This document shows positions 34,824 through 44,970 of a DNA stretch of 46,250 nt, in pieces (the first letter of the stretch is position 1; each line of letters opens with the position of its first letter). Source of the stretch: Nitriliruptoraceae bacterium (GTDB lineage Bacteria > Actinomycetota > Nitriliruptoria > Nitriliruptorales > Nitriliruptoraceae); assembly GCA_046483565.1 (NCBI GenBank), contig JAWOCZ010000066.1, positions 1 through 46,250 on the forward strand, in the 5' to 3' direction. Below the pieces are notes generated by a model. The model had not been told where the DNA came from, made no database searches, and worked only from the letters and a program-made list of their open reading frames with translations. Made by a program: the position numbers and the translations under genes.

Positions 34824-37800
34824 GTGACGGATCCTGCAGCTCCCGCCGCAGCCGTCCACGCTGCGATCAGCGCCAGCGGAGACCCGAAGGCCGACCTGCT
34901 GGCTGCCCTGGCCGACGGGGCCCTGCGCCGCGCGCCCGATCACGTCCTCGCACAGCCGGTCGACACCATCGTCGAGCAGCTCACCGACATGCTCGAGCAG
35001 CTCACCGGTCACCCGTTGGACGAGCTCCGGGTCGCGCTGGAGCGCCACGACGTGGCGTCCGGGCGTGCCACCGTCGAGGTGGTCTGGAGGGACCGCCCCT
35101 TCCTGCTGTCCACCATCACCTCGGAGTTGGTGCACAGTGGGTTGGAGATCCGCGGCACGTTCCATCCGATCCTGGGCGTGGAGCTGGACGACGACGGTCA
35201 GCTGGTCGGCTTCGTTCCCGCCCGGACCGCGGCGCACCGGGCGTCGGTGATCCAGATCGAGGTGACCGGCCTCCCCGAGGACGAGGCTGCCGTCACCAGC
35301 CTGCTCGGTCGTGTCCGGGCCGACCTCGAGGACGTCGAGGTGGTGACCGCCCACCACGGCGCCATGCGCGCGGAGGTGGAGGCCGGTGCTGCGGCGCTGG
35401 CCACGGGCGAGGCCAGCGACGCCGAGGTGGCGGCGCTCCTGTCCTGGCTGCTGGACGACAACCTGCTGCTCCTCGGGTGCGAGGCCACACCACGGCGCGG
35501 CACCGACGGCGAGCCCCGCAACCTCGGGATCCTCAGCGATCCCGCACGCCGGGCACGGCTGCTCGCCGACGTCGACGCCGCCCCGAGCTGCGACGACCTC
35601 CCCCGGCTGGCCACCTCACGCACCCGTGAACGTTCGAGCGTCCAGCGTCAGGCCCCGCTCGAGGTCTTCGAGGTGACGTTCCCCGACGACGGCCGGGACG
35701 GGACCGGCCGGCTGCGCCTCCTCGGCCTGCAGACCCGCAAGGGCATCGCCGAGCCGGTGCGCAACACCCCGGTCCTGCGGCGGCGGCTGCGTCAGGTGCT
35801 CGAGGCCGAGGACATGGTGGACGGGTCCCACGACGCCATCACCCTGACCGCCCTGGCCCACGCGATCCCGAAGGACGAGCTGCTGCGGGCCACGCGGGCC
35901 AGCTTCCGCGACCTGCTCGTCGGGCTGCTCCAGGCGGAGCAGCACCGCGAGGTCGCTGCGTTCGTCCGCCCGCACCCGCCGAGCGGCACCGTGTCGGTCC
36001 TGGTCGCGCTCCCCCGCGAGCGCTGGAGCCCCGAGCTGGCCCGCCGCCTCAGGACCGTCCTGAGCCAGCGGTTCGACGCGACCGGCGTCGAGGTGGACGC
36101 CTCCATCGACCTCCAGCGTGACGCGATCAGCCGCTACCTGCTCGAGCTCCGGTCTCCGGACGACCCGCAGGCCTGGAGCGCGCAGGTGCCGGCGGCCGCC
36201 GCCGACCTCGACCGCACGATCGCCGACCTCGCCCGGCCCTGGGACGAGACGGTGGTACGCGAGCTGACGCGGCGTGTCGGCGCCCGTACGGCGGCGACCA
36301 TCGGCCGGTCGATCGTCTCGCGACTCCCGCGGTCCTACCGGGACGTCACCGAGCCGGTCGACGCGGTCACCGACGTGCAACTGCTGGCCCGGACGATGGA
36401 GGGGGATGCCACCCTGCTCGTCTGGCTGCGGGCGGCGCCGTCCGACCCGCCCGCCGCCGAGCCGGCCGGCGCCGAGGTGGCAGCACCGCGCCGCGCCCGC
36501 GCGCCGATCCGTCTCCTGGCCGCCAAACGCTCGAAGACCCTGGAGCTGTCCTCCTTCCTCCCGATCCTCGAGAGCCTCGGGCTCACCACGGTGGACGAGG
36601 TCCCCCACCCCCTGGACCAGCGGAACGGCGCCGAGGCCACCCTGCACGACTTCGGGATCCGGGCGCCGGGCCTGGACCCGGCGACGGACGGTCCGCGGGT
36701 GGCGGACGCGATCCTGGCGGCCTGGCGCGGCCACCTGGAGGTGGACCCGCTGAACCGGCTGGTGGTGGTCTCGCGCCTCGACTGGTTCGACGTCTCGATC
36801 CTGCGGGCCTACCGCCGGCTCCGACGGCAGCTGGGGACCGCCTACACCCCCGCCTACGTCGACACGATCCTGGTCTCCCATCCGGACACGGTCCACGCCC
36901 TGGTCGACCACATCCACGCCCGCTTCGATCCGCACCGGTCCCCGGATGCCCCGACCGCAGAGGAGACCCGCGCCCACGTGCTCGCTGAGCTCGACCAGCT
37001 GGAACGGCTCGACCACGACCGGATCCTCAGGCGCCTGCTGGAGCTGATCGACGCCACGTTGCGGACCAACGCCTTCCGACCGGACGCCCGGGCCGACGAC
37101 AGCGGCGAACCGTACGTGGCGTTGAAGATCGATCCCTCACGTGTCTCCGATGCTCCCGAGCCCCGCCCCTACCGGGAGATCTTCGTCCACTCCCCACGCG
37201 TCGAGGGGGTGCACCTGCGCAGCGGTCCCGTCTCGCGCGGTGGCCTGCGCTGGTCCGATCGTCGTGACGATGTGCGCAACGAGGTGCTGGACCTCGTCAA
37301 GGCCCAGGTGCTCAAGAACGCGGTGATCGTGCCGTCCGGGGCCAAGGGCGGGTTCGTCCTCACCCGGGAACCCGAGGATCCCGGCGATGCGCCGGCCGAG
37401 GCCCGCCGGCAGTACGTCACCTTCGTGCGGGGGCTGCTGGACATCACCGACGACCTCGAGGCCGACCGCGTCGTCCCGCCGCCGGAGGTGGTCCGCCACG
37501 ACGGCGACGACCCCTACCTCGTGGTCGCCGCCGACCGTGGCACGGCCACCTTCTCGGACCTGGCCAACGAGGTGGCCGCCAGGTACGGGTTCTGGCTCGA
37601 CGACGCCTTCGCGTCCGGGGGGGAGCACGGGTACGACCACAAGCGCCACGGCGTCACCGCCAAAGGGGCCTGGGTGGCCATCTCGGCGCACTTCCGCGAG
37701 CTCGACGTGGACGTCAGCACCGATCCGATCTCGGTGACGGGGATCGGCGACATGTCCGGTGACGTCTTCGGCAACGGGCTGCTGCGCTCGCGCAGCGTGC

Positions 37801-39662
37801 GGCTGGTGGCCGCCTTCGATCACCGCCACATCTTCCTGGACCCCGACCCGGATCCGGAGCTGAGCTTCGCCGAGCGCCAACGCCTCTACGACCTGCCCGG
37901 CTCCTCGTGGGGCCGCTACGACCGTCGGCTGCTGTCGCCGGGTGCGATGATCGTGCCCCGCGCCGCGAAACGGGTGGCGCTCAGTGACGAGGTGCGGGGA
38001 CTGCTGCGGATCGATGACGCCGAGCTGACTCCCCCTGAGCTGATCCGGGCCATCCTGCGCGCACCCGTCGATCTGCTGTTCGCGGGCGGCATCGGCACCT
38101 ACATCCGCGCGACCGCCGAGCCCGAGAGCGAGCTCGGCGACCGTGCCAATGCCGACGTGCGGGTCGAGGCCTCGACCGTGCGGGCGCGGGTCATCGGTGA
38201 GGGCGCCAACCTCGCGCTGACCCAGCCGGCTCGGATCGAGCTGGCTCGCCGGGGCACGCGGCTGAACCAGGATGCGATCGACAACGCCGCCGGGGTGGCG
38301 ACCTCCGACCTCGAGGTGAACCTGAAGATCCTGCTGCGCCTGGCCGAGGAGCGCGGACGTCTCGATCGCGAGGGACGCAACCAACTCCTCGAGGACCTGT
38401 CCGAGGAGGTCGTCGACCGGGCGGTGGACCTGGTGGCCAGCAGCTGCGCCGCGATCTCGCGCGAGCTCGATCGCAGCCCCCGCAGCCTCGAGCACTACGA
38501 CCAGCTCCTGCGACGGCTGGAGACCGAGACGGATCTGGACCGCGAAGCGGAGTGCCTGCCCACCACCGACGAGCTGACCGTCCGGGCCGAGGCCGACGCG
38601 GGCCTGAGCCGCCCCGAGCTCGCCTCGTTGATGGCCTGGGCCAAACGGGAGCTCAAGGAGGCGCTGCTGGCCTCGGAGGTGCCCGACGCCCCGCTGCTGC
38701 GCCCGGCGCTGGACCGCTCGCTGCCTGCGGGTGCGGTGGCCCGGTTCGGGGACCTGCTCGAGGAGCACCGGCTGCGGCGGGAGCTGATCACCACCGTGGT
38801 GGTCAACACCATCGTCGACCGGTTGGGCGTCACCGTCGCCTCCCGTCTGGCCGCCGAGGCCGGGGTCGAGCTGACGGTCGCGGTCCAGACGATCCAGGCC
38901 GCGATCCACATCGTCGACGCCGAGCGCTGGTGGACCCGCCTGGACGCGCTGGACAGCTTCCACGATCCGGCCCGTCGACGCGAGCTCGAGCTGCCGCTCG
39001 AGGAGCTGGTCGTCACCCTGGCACGGGTGCTGCTGACCGACCCGACCGCACCGGAACCGGTCGACGCCGCGCAGGAGCAGCGGCCCATCGCCGACCATCT
39101 CCTGGCAGCGCTGGACGGGCTCGGCACCCGAAGCCAGCGACGGGCCCGCTCGGCCCACGCCCGCTGGCTCGCCGACGATCTCGTCGAGCCCGACCTCGCC
39201 CGTCTGCTGGCCGCAGCTCGTGACCTGACACTGGTCCCCGATGTCGCCGCCGTCCGCCAGCACCTGCCGGCCCACCTCAGCGAAGCGGCGGTCGCCGACG
39301 CGCTGCTGCAGCTCTCGGATCGTCTGGGTGTCGACCGGTTGGAGGACACCCTGCGGCGTCTCGACGTCCGCAGCAACTGGGCCCGGCGCGAGCGCCTCGG
39401 GCTGTCCATGGACCTGCGCCGCGCACGGCGGGCAGCCGTGGTCGCCATGCTCTCGGACACCGCCGAGGACCGCGGCGAACCCCCGGGCACGGCCGCGGCG
39501 GTCGAGCGGTGGCTCGAGAGCCGCCGTGAGCACCTGGAGCGCGCCCGGGAGACCGTCGCGGCGGCAGCCTCGGCGGAGCAGCGCCAGCTGGACGCCCTCG
39601 GGGTGGCGGCACGGGCGATCCGGGAGACGGTGGAACGGCGTCCGCAGCGGCCCGTGTCCTGA
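34824..39662 (+). CDS. gdh: Large NAD-specific glutamate dehydrogenase (about 180-kDa class)
   Basis: 1612-aa ORF with the conserved segment GGLRWSDRRDDVRNEVLDLVKAQVLKNAVIVPSGAKGGF. GTG start. Confidence 0.95.
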   Translation: MTDPAAPAAAVHAAISASGDPKADLLAALADGALRRAPDHVLAQPVDTIVEQLTDMLEQLTGHPLDELRVALERHDVASGRATVEVVWRDRPFLLSTITSELVHSGLEIRGTFHPILGVELDDDGQLVGFVPARTAAHRASVIQIEVTGLPEDEAAVTSLLGRVRADLEDVEVVTAHHGAMRAEVEAGAAALATGEASDAEVAALLSWLLDDNLLLLGCEATPRRGTDGEPRNLGILSDPARRARLLADVDAAPSCDDLPRLATSRTRERSSVQRQAPLEVFEVTFPDDGRDGTGRLRLLGLQTRKGIAEPVRNTPVLRRRLRQVLEAEDMVDGSHDAITLTALAHAIPKDELLRATRASFRDLLVGLLQAEQHREVAAFVRPHPPSGTVSVLVALPRERWSPELARRLRTVLSQRFDATGVEVDASIDLQRDAISRYLLELRSPDDPQAWSAQVPAAAADLDRTIADLARPWDETVVRELTRRVGARTAATIGRSIVSRLPRSYRDVTEPVDAVTDVQLLARTMEGDATLLVWLRAAPSDPPAAEPAGAEVAAPRRARAPIRLLAAKRSKTLELSSFLPILESLGLTTVDEVPHPLDQRNGAEATLHDFGIRAPGLDPATDGPRVADAILAAWRGHLEVDPLNRLVVVSRLDWFDVSILRAYRRLRRQLGTAYTPAYVDTILVSHPDTVHALVDHIHARFDPHRSPDAPTAEETRAHVLAELDQLERLDHDRILRRLLELIDATLRTNAFRPDARADDSGEPYVALKIDPSRVSDAPEPRPYREIFVHSPRVEGVHLRSGPVSRGGLRWSDRRDDVRNEVLDLVKAQVLKNAVIVPSGAKGGFVLTREPEDPGDAPAEARRQYVTFVRGLLDITDDLEADRVVPPPEVVRHDGDDPYLVVAADRGTATFSDLANEVAARYGFWLDDAFASGGEHGYDHKRHGVTAKGAWVAISAHFRELDVDVSTDPISVTGIGDMSGDVFGNGLLRSRSVRLVAAFDHRHIFLDPDPDPELSFAERQRLYDLPGSSWGRYDRRLLSPGAMIVPRAAKRVALSDEVRGLLRIDDAELTPPELIRAILRAPVDLLFAGGIGTYIRATAEPESELGDRANADVRVEASTVRARVIGEGANLALTQPARIELARRGTRLNQDAIDNAAGVATSDLEVNLKILLRLAEERGRLDREGRNQLLEDLSEEVVDRAVDLVASSCAAISRELDRSPRSLEHYDQLLRRLETETDLDREAECLPTTDELTVRAEADAGLSRPELASLMAWAKRELKEALLASEVPDAPLLRPALDRSLPAGAVARFGDLLEEHRLRRELITTVVVNTIVDRLGVTVASRLAAEAGVELTVAVQTIQAAIHIVDAERWWTRLDALDSFHDPARRRELELPLEELVVTLARVLLTDPTAPEPVDAAQEQRPIADHLLAALDGLGTRSQRRARSAHARWLADDLVEPDLARLLAAARDLTLVPDVAAVRQHLPAHLSEAAVADALLQLSDRLGVDRLEDTLRRLDVRSNWARRERLGLSMDLRRARRAAVVAMLSDTAEDRGEPPGTAAAVERWLESRREHLERARETVAAAASAEQRQLDALGVAARAIRETVERRPQRPVS

Positions 39663-39674
39663 CCGACCGTCGGG

Positions 39675-40640
39675 TCAGGGCCGGGACGCCAGCGGGTTCC
39701 ACGGCGCTCCGACCTCACGCGCGGAGGCCAGCTCCAGGACGCCCAGCTCCAGCACGGTCGCATCGGGCAGGTCGGAGCCCTTCAGCTGCAGATCGAGCGT
39801 GGAGAGCCGGTCGTGCACCCAGGCCAGCTCCCCCGGAGCGAACGCCCGGGCGTGCGCCTGCAGCTGGTCGTAGCCGCGACCCGGCCGCATGCCCACCTGC
39901 TTCGGGCTCGCACCGGAACGGACCTGGAGCAGCTGGCGCACCCGGTAGGCGATCGCACCGACGATGGCCAGTGGGGCGTCACCCGCCGCCAGCGCACCCC
40001 TGAGGGCGACCAGCGCGGACCGCGGATCGCGGCCCGCGATCGCGTCGGCGACCACGAACCCGGACGCGCGACCGTGGCCGACGACCACGGCGTCGACGTG
40101 CTCGGCCAACAGGACGGGGACGTCCGGGTGGGTGGCGCACACCGAGCCGACCTGGGAGGCGATCGCGGCTGGCTCGGTCCCGGCGTGGTTGCGGATCGCG
40201 GCGATCGCGGTCGCATCCGCCTTCCGGGACAGCCGCCGGAACTCCTCGCCGACCACGCGGTCCCACCCCTGATCGTCCCAGTCAGGGGGCCGTTTCACGT
40301 CGATCCGTTCGCCGCGCTCCTTCGTGAGCTTGGCGATCCTCTGGATCCGGCCCGTCCCGCGCGCCACCAGCACCAGGTCCGCGTCGGGCGAGGGTGCCTC
40401 CAGGTACCGCTCGACCTCGTCCTTGAGCTCGCCCTGGAGCGCCTCCACGCCGCGGAGCACGACACAGCTCCGGCCGCCGAACAGCGACGTGGTCCTGAGC
40501 TCCGGGAGGTGGTCGAGCTCCGAGGCGTCGTAGCGGTCGACGACCTGATCGGGCTCGCCGGCCACCAGCGCCTCCAGACGCCGCTCGACCTCCCGCAGCA
40601 GCAGGAGGTCGTCGTCGCCGGCGAGCAGGAGGACGGACAT
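39675..40640 (-). CDS. holA: DNA polymerase III delta subunit
   Basis: 321 aa. N-terminus VLLLAGDDDLLLLREV and LFGGRSCVVLRG are typical of HolA. ATG at 40640. Confidence 0.9.
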   Translation of the reverse strand: MSVLLLAGDDDLLLLREVERRLEALVAGEPDQVVDRYDASELDHLPELRTTSLFGGRSCVVLRGVEALQGELKDEVERYLEAPSPDADLVLVARGTGRIQRIAKLTKERGERIDVKRPPDWDDQGWDRVVGEEFRRLSRKADATAIAAIRNHAGTEPAAIASQVGSVCATHPDVPVLLAEHVDAVVVGHGRASGFVVADAIAGRDPRSALVALRGALAAGDAPLAIVGAIAYRVRQLLQVRSGASPKQVGMRPGRGYDQLQAHARAFAPGELAWVHDRLSTLDLQLKGSDLPDATVLELGVLELASAREVGAPWNPLASRP

Positions 40641-43086
40641 GACGGCAGCCTAACGGGGCGGCGACCGCCTCCGGCCTCACCGTGGCGCCCGGCACCGGGC
40701 CGCCGGGCACCGTGCCGCCAGCCACCGGGCCGCCGGGCACCGTGGCGCCCGGCACCGTGACGACCACCGTGCCGTGGAGGTCGGTACGGCGCACCTGCGT
40801 ACCCAGCGCCTTCATGGCCGCCAGGGTGTCGGGGTGCGGATGTCCGTACTGGTTGTCGGCACCGACACTGACCAGCGCCACCTCGGCGCCCACCGCCGCC
40901 AGGAACGCCGGATCGGTCGTGCGCGCACCGTGGTGGGGAACGGCCAGCACGTCGGCCGCCAGTCGCCGGGGCGGACCAGCCAGCAGGTCGGACTGCGCCT
41001 CGAGTCCGATATCGCCCGTGAGCAGCACCCGGGCCCCGCGATGGACCACCCGCAGCACCACCGAGGACTCGTTGCGCTCGCTGCGGGCGAACCGGTACGG
41101 CCGGCCGGGCGGGGGATGCAGCACCTCGATGCTCAGGTCACCGAGGTGGACGCGCGTGCCCTGGGCCGGGGCCCGCACGGGCACCCCGCGTCGCGCCGCC
41201 GCCGCTCGCAGCTCGATCGCGGGGGTCGGCTCGGGCGGCGACGGCAGCATCCACATGGCTCCGACACGCACGCGCCGTAGCACCTCGGCCACACCACCGA
41301 TGTGGTCGAGATCGGCGTGGGTGACCACGACCAGGTCCAGGTGACGGCGGCCGTGCCGACGCAGCCACCGCGCGGCGGTGTCGTCGGCGCCGGCGTCGAC
41401 CAGGACCCGGGCTCGTGGCGACTCCACCAGGAAGGCATCGCCCTGCCCGACGTCGATCGCCGTCACCCGCAGCTCGTCGGGCGGCAGGCTCCCGGTCACC
41501 GCCGGCAGCATCGCCACCACGAGCGCGACGACCAACACACCCAGGGCCAGCCGACGTCGCCGTCCTCGGTCCCCGGACACCAGCCACACGGTCCCGGCAG
41601 CCGCGGCGACGAGCGTGACCGGCCGGGCCACGTGGATCGTCCCACCGCGGCCAGCCAGCGTCTCGGCGACCGTCAGCACGACGGCCGCACCCGGCCCGGC
41701 CAGCGCGAAACACCCGGCGGCGAGCCCGACGTGGACGACCGCCAGGACCGTCGCGACGAAGGCCAGCGATGCCGCCACGATCGCCGCCGGTACCGCCACG
41801 AGGTTGGCGGGCAGGCTCACGAGGTGGAGCTCGCCGAAGGTGGCCAGGAGCACGGGGAGCACGGCGAGCTGCGCGCCGATCGTGACCCCGATCAGCGTCG
41901 CCACCCGCCGCGGCACGCGATCCGGCACGCGGTCGCGGACCACCGGGGCGAGCAGCAGCACGCCGGCGGTCGCGCTCGCGGAGAGGACCAGGCCGAGGGA
42001 GGCGGCCAGGCGGGGATCGAGCAGGACCAGCAGCAGCACGGCCACCGACAGAGCATGCCGAGCATCGCGGACCTGACCCCGGGTGCCGGCCAGGAGGAGC
42101 ACCAGGGCCATGGAGCCCGCACGCAGCACGCTCGGCTCGAAGCGCGTGAGGAAGGCGAACCAGGGCACCACCACGACGACCGCCAGCCGCCGCGCCGTGG
42201 TCGGCAGGCCGAGCAGCCCGACCACCGCCAGCACCCCACCGACGACGATCGCCACGTTCGTGCCGGAGACGGCCGTCAGATGCGTCAGGCTCGTGGCCTC
42301 CATGGCGGTGCGGTCCGCGGCGGGCAGCAACCGCGTGTCCCCGGTCACGAAACCGACGAGGAGTCCTCCCGTCCGCTCGTCGAGGTGGCGGGTGGCAGCC
42401 CGTCGCACGCGCGCCCGGAGCCACTCCGAGCCCCGGGCGGCGGCACCGCCGGGCCCGAGCAGCTCCCTCGCGTCGAGGTCGAGGAGCACGCGCGCGTGCT
42501 GCTGGGCGAGCCAGGCGCCGTAGCCCCCATCGGGCAGCGGCCGTGCGCTCGCCGTGGCCCGCCACCGATCACCGAGCGCGGGTGGGTCCTCCGCCACCAC
42601 CAGCGCAGCGCGCTCGCGCACCGTGGTCCCCTCCACCCGGTCGACCCGGACCAGGACGTGCCAGCCGCGGGCGATCGGCCGGGGCTCGGCCACCACGGTC
42701 ATCGTGAGCTGTGCACTGCCCCCCCGGGCGGCGAGCGTCGGCAGCAGCCCCGAGGCTGCCGCGTCGGCACGCAGGGCGAGGCCCCCCGCCGTCGCGGCGC
42801 CGACGACGACCAGCGCCAGGATGCCGGTGGTGGCACCGAGCCGATCGCGGCCGCGCCCACGGTGTGCGAGCACGAGTAGCAGCACGGCGCCGACCACCGC
42901 GGTGAGCAGGGCGGCGCCACCCGCGCCGGGCAGCGCTGTCAACAGGGCCGGCAGTGACCGCTCGACGGCGGTGGAGCGCAGCTGTCCCACCACGGTCCGG
43001 TCAGCGAACGTCACCACCAGCACGGCGGCCGCCGTCCAGGTCGGAGCGGGGCCGAGCACCTCGGACAATGGCGCGGTGCCCGTCAC
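40282..43086 (-). CDS. comEC: ComEC/Rec2 DNA internalisation channel with a C-terminal metallo-beta-lactamase domain. As sequenced, the frame has no stop until 40282, which is 359 nt inside holA.
   Basis: Polytopic N-terminal and central region. MBL motifs VTAIDVGQGDAFLVE, VVVTHADLDHIGG and VPHHGA. The recognisable protein ends near HGTVVVTV (about 40770), and the remaining roughly 160 aa are low-complexity, Arg/Pro/Gly-rich. Confidence 0.8.
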   Translation of the reverse strand: MTGTAPLSEVLGPAPTWTAAAVLVVTFADRTVVGQLRSTAVERSLPALLTALPGAGGAALLTAVVGAVLLLVLAHRGRGRDRLGATTGILALVVVGAATAGGLALRADAAASGLLPTLAARGGSAQLTMTVVAEPRPIARGWHVLVRVDRVEGTTVRERAALVVAEDPPALGDRWRATASARPLPDGGYGAWLAQQHARVLLDLDARELLGPGGAAARGSEWLRARVRRAATRHLDERTGGLLVGFVTGDTRLLPAADRTAMEATSLTHLTAVSGTNVAIVVGGVLAVVGLLGLPTTARRLAVVVVVPWFAFLTRFEPSVLRAGSMALVLLLAGTRGQVRDARHALSVAVLLLVLLDPRLAASLGLVLSASATAGVLLLAPVVRDRVPDRVPRRVATLIGVTIGAQLAVLPVLLATFGELHLVSLPANLVAVPAAIVAASLAFVATVLAVVHVGLAAGCFALAGPGAAVVLTVAETLAGRGGTIHVARPVTLVAAAAGTVWLVSGDRGRRRRLALGVLVVALVVAMLPAVTGSLPPDELRVTAIDVGQGDAFLVESPRARVLVDAGADDTAARWLRRHGRRHLDLVVVTHADLDHIGGVAEVLRRVRVGAMWMLPSPPEPTPAIELRAAAARRGVPVRAPAQGTRVHLGDLSIEVLHPPPGRPYRFARSERNESSVVLRVVHRGARVLLTGDIGLEAQSDLLAGPPRRLAADVLAVPHHGARTTDPAFLAAVGAEVALVSVGADNQYGHPHPDTLAAMKALGTQVRRTDLHGTVVVTVPGATVPGGPVAGGTVPGGPVPGATVRPEAVAAPLGCRHVRPPARRRRRPPAAAGGRAASGGAGGRRARSGRRPLRRLGARPPPGAQDHVAVRRPELCRAPRRGGAPGRAQGRGRAVPGGTLARRGPGAGGARDGPDPEDRQAHEGARRTDRRETAP
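40678..40767. repeat. Imperfect 30-nt tandem repeat, about 3 copies, at the comEC 3-prime end. Encodes the PGATV/PGGPV-type low-complexity tail.
   Basis: Units at 40678..40707, 40708..40737 (3 mismatches) and 40738..40767 (first 20 nt identical to unit 1). Confidence 0.85.
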
Positions 43087-43115
43087 CGGACGCTGGCCCG
43101 CTCAGCCACCGGCGG

Positions 43116-44036
43116 TCACCGAACGACCACCAGGGGTGCGAGGTTCTGGAAGGTCGCCTCGCCGATCCCCGGTACCCCACGGAGGTCACCGGGGACGGCG
43201 AACGGCCCGTTGCGCTCGCGGTGTTCCACGATCGCCGCCGCCCGGGCGGGACCGATACCGGGGAGCTGCTCGAGCTCCGCCGCGCTGGCACGGTTCAGGT
43301 CCAGGGGGTCCTCGCCGCCCGGGCCGGTGGCGCCGCCCGCGGCGTCGGGCCGATCGGGACCCACCGGCGCCACCGGCTCGGGAGGGTCCTCACCGATCCG
43401 GGGCAGGTGGACGTGCTCCCCGTCCGCCAGCGCCCGCGCCAGGTTCACCCGGTCCGTGTCGGCGTCGTCGGTCAGCCCACCGGCTGCCACGACGGCGTCG
43501 CCGACCCGACCTCCGACGGGCAGCGTCACGAGCCCGGGGCGGCTCACGGCACCGGAGACGTGGACCGTGACCGCCGAGGAGCCGGAGCCCCCGAGACCGT
43601 CACCGGTCGCCGGCTCGCTGCCACCGACGTCAGCCGCTGTCTGCCCCGTATCATCCGCCGCCCCGTCCGCCGCCCCGTCCGCCGCCCCGTCCGCCGCCCC
43701 GTGCGCTCCGGGATCGCCCGGCACCGCGGCACCGGCCGTGCGCACCTGGTCGATACCGGCGGGTGCCGTCACGCTCTGGCCCCACCAGACCGCCGTGGCC
43801 GCCACCGAGCCGAGCACCAGCAGGACCAGCCCGACGAGTTCCGCGGGGGTGGGCCTGAGCCAGCCGAGCAGCCGCTCGGATCGCGAGCGCTCCGGAGCCT
43901 CCGACGGCGACGCCAGCGGTCCCGACCCCCACCACGACGCCTGGCCTCCCTCACCGGACGTTGCCGGCTCCCCGGCGGCGGCGTGCGCACGACCGGCAGC
44001 TGGGTCGTCGGCACGAGAGATCGGGTCGGTCGGCAT
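43116..44036 (-). CDS. comEA: ComEA family DNA-binding competence protein (helix-hairpin-helix)
   Basis: C-terminal LDLNRASAAELEQLPGIGPARAAAIVEHRERNGPF...GIGEATF HhH motifs, plus an N-terminal TM helix. Confidence 0.9.
   Translation of the reverse strand: MPTDPISRADDPAAGRAHAAAGEPATSGEGGQASWWGSGPLASPSEAPERSRSERLLGWLRPTPAELVGLVLLVLGSVAATAVWWGQSVTAPAGIDQVRTAGAAVPGDPGAHGAADGAADGAADGAADDTGQTAADVGGSEPATGDGLGGSGSSAVTVHVSGAVSRPGLVTLPVGGRVGDAVVAAGGLTDDADTDRVNLARALADGEHVHLPRIGEDPPEPVAPVGPDRPDAAGGATGPGGEDPLDLNRASAAELEQLPGIGPARAAAIVEHRERNGPFAVPGDLRGVPGIGEATFQNLAPLVVVR
43654..43701. repeat. Perfect 12-nt tandem repeat x4 (tccgccgccccg) inside comEA, encoding (GAAD)4
   Basis: Copies at 43654, 43666, 43678 and 43690. 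Confidence 0.95.
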
Positions 44037-44117
44037 GGAGGCAGACTGCCGGTGCGCGGCGCGTGTGCCCCGATGGATGTGCCCGAAGCTGTGGACGAAG
44101 GTTCCACGGCTCCCCGG

Positions 44118-44966
44118 TCACCCGGCCGGCACGACCACCAGTCCAACCGCTCCGGGCCCGACGTGGCTGCCGACGACCGGACCGATCAGGGTCTCGAGTC
44201 GCTGGCCGAGGTGGACGTGCCGCTCCACCACCGCCCACAGTTGCTCGGCACGTACCGGTGCCACGGCGTGGGCGACGACCACGTCCACGCGCCGCCCGTT
44301 CGCGGCCTCGGCGGCCAACACCCCGACCCGCTCCAGGGCACGCGCCCACGTCCGCGTGCGCTCGCGGACCTCCACCCGCCCGTCGGAGGTCAGGTGCAGG
44401 ATCGGCTTGACCTTCAGTGCCGTCCCGATCGCGGCCTGGGCCCCGGTCAACCGGCCGCCGCGGCGCAGGTGATCCAACGTGTCCACCACGATCAGGCTGG
44501 CCGCGCCCGCGCGGACCCGGTCGGCGGGCGCGATCACCTCCGCGGGGCTCCCGCCGGCCTCGGCGACGCGGTGTGCCGCGAGCGCGGCCGCTCCGAGGGC
44601 GCCCCCCACGAGCCGGGTGTCCACCACCTCGACGTCCACGTCGGCCTGACGTGCCCGGTCCCGGGCGAGCGCGACGGTGCCGGACAAGGCAGCGGAGCAG
44701 TGCAGCGAGACGACGTGGGTGTAGCCGTCGTCGGCGCAGTCCGCGTAGGCCTCCTCGAACCACGCCGGTGCCGGCTGCGAGGTGGTCGGCAGGGTCTCGC
44801 TGGCTGCCAGGCGGGCGTAGAAGGCGGCCGGCGAGAGCTGTACCCCGGCGATCAGGGTCTCGTCACCGAAGGTGACCGACAGCGGCACGACCCTCAGTCC
44901 CACCGATTCGACCAGCTCAGGGGGCAGGTCGCAGGTCGAGTCGGTGACGACCGCAACGCGCGCCAT
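44118..44966 (-). CDS. DegV family fatty-acid-binding protein
   Basis: N-terminal VAVVTDSTCDLP and overall length of 282 aa are typical of DegV. Confidence 0.9.
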   Translation of the reverse strand: MARVAVVTDSTCDLPPELVESVGLRVVPLSVTFGDETLIAGVQLSPAAFYARLAASETLPTTSQPAPAWFEEAYADCADDGYTHVVSLHCSAALSGTVALARDRARQADVDVEVVDTRLVGGALGAAALAAHRVAEAGGSPAEVIAPADRVRAGAASLIVVDTLDHLRRGGRLTGAQAAIGTALKVKPILHLTSDGRVEVRERTRTWARALERVGVLAAEAANGRRVDVVVAHAVAPVRAEQLWAVVERHVHLGQRLETLIGPVVGSHVGPGAVGLVVVPAG

Positions 44967-44970
44967 CAGC

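Noticed and set aside
40641-40677. GGAGG at about 25 nt upstream of the holA ATG as its ribosome-binding site.
   Set aside because: The spacing is too long for a functional SD. holA may instead be translated by coupling or re-initiation after comEC, which depends on where comEC really stops.
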